Source: Phoronis australis
Taxonomy: Eukaryota; Animalia; Phoronida
Length of the DNA stretch: 64,000 bases
Reading direction: 5' to 3'
Assembly (NCBI GenBank): GCA_002633005.1
Contig: NMRA01000163.1
Span: 342,071-406,070 of the forward strand
Shown here: positions 62,664 to 64,000 of the stretch, in pieces
Numbering within the stretch: the stretch's first letter is position 1
How the letters are laid out: every line of letters starts with the position of its first letter
Notes under the pieces: model-generated
What the model saw: only the letters and a program-made list of their open reading frames with translations
Told to the model about the DNA's origin: nothing
Database searches by the model: none
Translations under genes and position numbers: made by a program

Positions 62664-62842
62664 ATGTCTGATGGTGAACAGACACTCAAAGTCAAGCGTT
62701 ACTATGTCCATGGCTGTGTTGTTCCATTTGAAGAAGACTCCACACATGAGTTCAAAGGCCACCGAAACCTTTCAGCAGAGGATGTCCCACCTTGGTGTTA
62801 CCACTCTGGATCAGAAAAAATGACCAGAAAGGCAGTGTCAAG
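62664..62842 (+). CDS. First coding exon of a Schlafen-like AlbA_2 domain protein; gene continues beyond the window
   Basis: MSDGEQTLKVKRYYVHGCVVPFEEDSTHEFKGHRN...RKAVS has the E-x-x-x-x-EFK signature. Acceptor tttcAG at 62653 and AG|GT donor at 62843; the window ends on a tttcAG acceptor at 64000. Confidence 0.8.
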
Positions 62843-62958
62843 GTAGAATTGTGGCTTTACTGAATATAGAGTACCAACTTCTCAGAATACTATCCAATGC
62901 CCTCTTGGATTCGGTGATATTTACCCACAGTGCTGTTCATCGATGGGGGTACTTGGCC

Positions 62959-63056
62959 TGTACACTGCTGTTCGTATGTTCACTATGTTGTACACTGCTG
63001 TTCGTATGTTCACTATGTTGTACACTGCTGTTCGTATGTTCACTATGTTGTACACT
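62959..63056. repeat. 30-bp perfect minisatellite, just over 3 copies
   Basis: Unit tgtacactgctgttcgtatgttcactatgt. Confidence 0.95.
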
Positions 63057-64000
63057 AAAATTAGATTGACGTTACATTAGTCATTCTGATATGAATTAAA
63101 GTTTTACTGTTGCGCAATGATGTACAATGCGGACACCAAATAATTTAGCTTGTTGAATGAGGCCCTATAAAATGTTCGTCTCTTGTCCAACTTGAGTCAG
63201 AAGTTTGTTAGTGGCCCTAGATTTTGAAAAAGTAGGTTAATTCTAGAATGCAAATTGTCTGCTTCGACACATGAAGAGGAATGACTGTGGGATGTGGGAA
63301 TTGTTGTTTATTGGCAATGAGAATTAAAGTCATTAGGTACCACGTGCTGAATTCTGTAATGAATCATTACTAGTCAACCGAATTTTAAATGCTTAGAGAT
63401 GATAAAATCTTTAATTAAAACACTTAAAAACATTATTCATTTTGGGTTCAAGCCGATCCATAGCAGTGAGTTAACTAGATGGAACTACTACATTAGATAC
63501 AGTAGCATAGGAGTTATTTATTAAACCAACACAATTGCTATCTCATTCAGCTTGTACGTCATTTGTGCTTTACATATCACTGTGGATGGGATGGATCCCA
63601 AAACATGTTCTTGAAGTGTTTTATATTTATTATTATCATGTTTATCGTCTCTATATATCTTTATTCAGGAAACCATGTTCTGGTGTTAAAAACAAACTTT
63701 TAAATAGAAGGGACATCTCTTCCAAAGCAATATCACCACTTTTTATATTTTGTTTGAGTTTATATTCATTTTGTTAACATGCAATAAATCTGAAATTTTC
63801 AGGCAACCATACTAATTACTTTGTTGACGACTGAAATTAACATGTTGTAATTTGCCACTTAATGGGCTTCATTTGAAGCAATAAAGACCTTGATGTTACA
63901 TTGATGTTCTAAATTGAGAAGCGCTACAGTATTCCTAGCTTGTTATGTGTTAGCTCAATGAGTAAGTAGGAATCTTAATTATCTGTTTTCATAATTTCAG

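Overview
AT-rich, intron-rich animal (probably marine invertebrate) genomic DNA, so the six-frame ORFs are mostly exon fragments. I rebuilt three multi-exon genes by hand, with consistent splice phases: TBC1D20 (minus, CDS 13037-2337, 8 coding exons, one GC-AG intron), DGAT1 (plus, 17612-35216, 13 exons, head-to-head with TBC1D20) and CEP72/LRRC36-like (minus, 38840 to at least 52001; first exon uncertain). The first coding exon of a Schlafen/AlbA_2-type gene lies at 62664-62842. The most unusual feature is a decayed P-element/THAP9-like locus at about 54.1-60.7 kb. Its minus-strand transposase ends soon after the catalytic Glu with no C-terminal domain, while a convergent plus-strand pseudogene encodes what resembles that domain, suggesting a split, two-gene P transposase. 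Introns carry a TA-flanked TIR element, a Harbinger-like MITE with a nested Helentron-type (HINE) repeat, further HINE copies with CTCF-like motifs and fold-back hairpins. A 1.38-kb tandem duplication at an N gap looks like two alleles, one with and one without a HINE insertion. Family assignments come from remembered motifs, not database searches.
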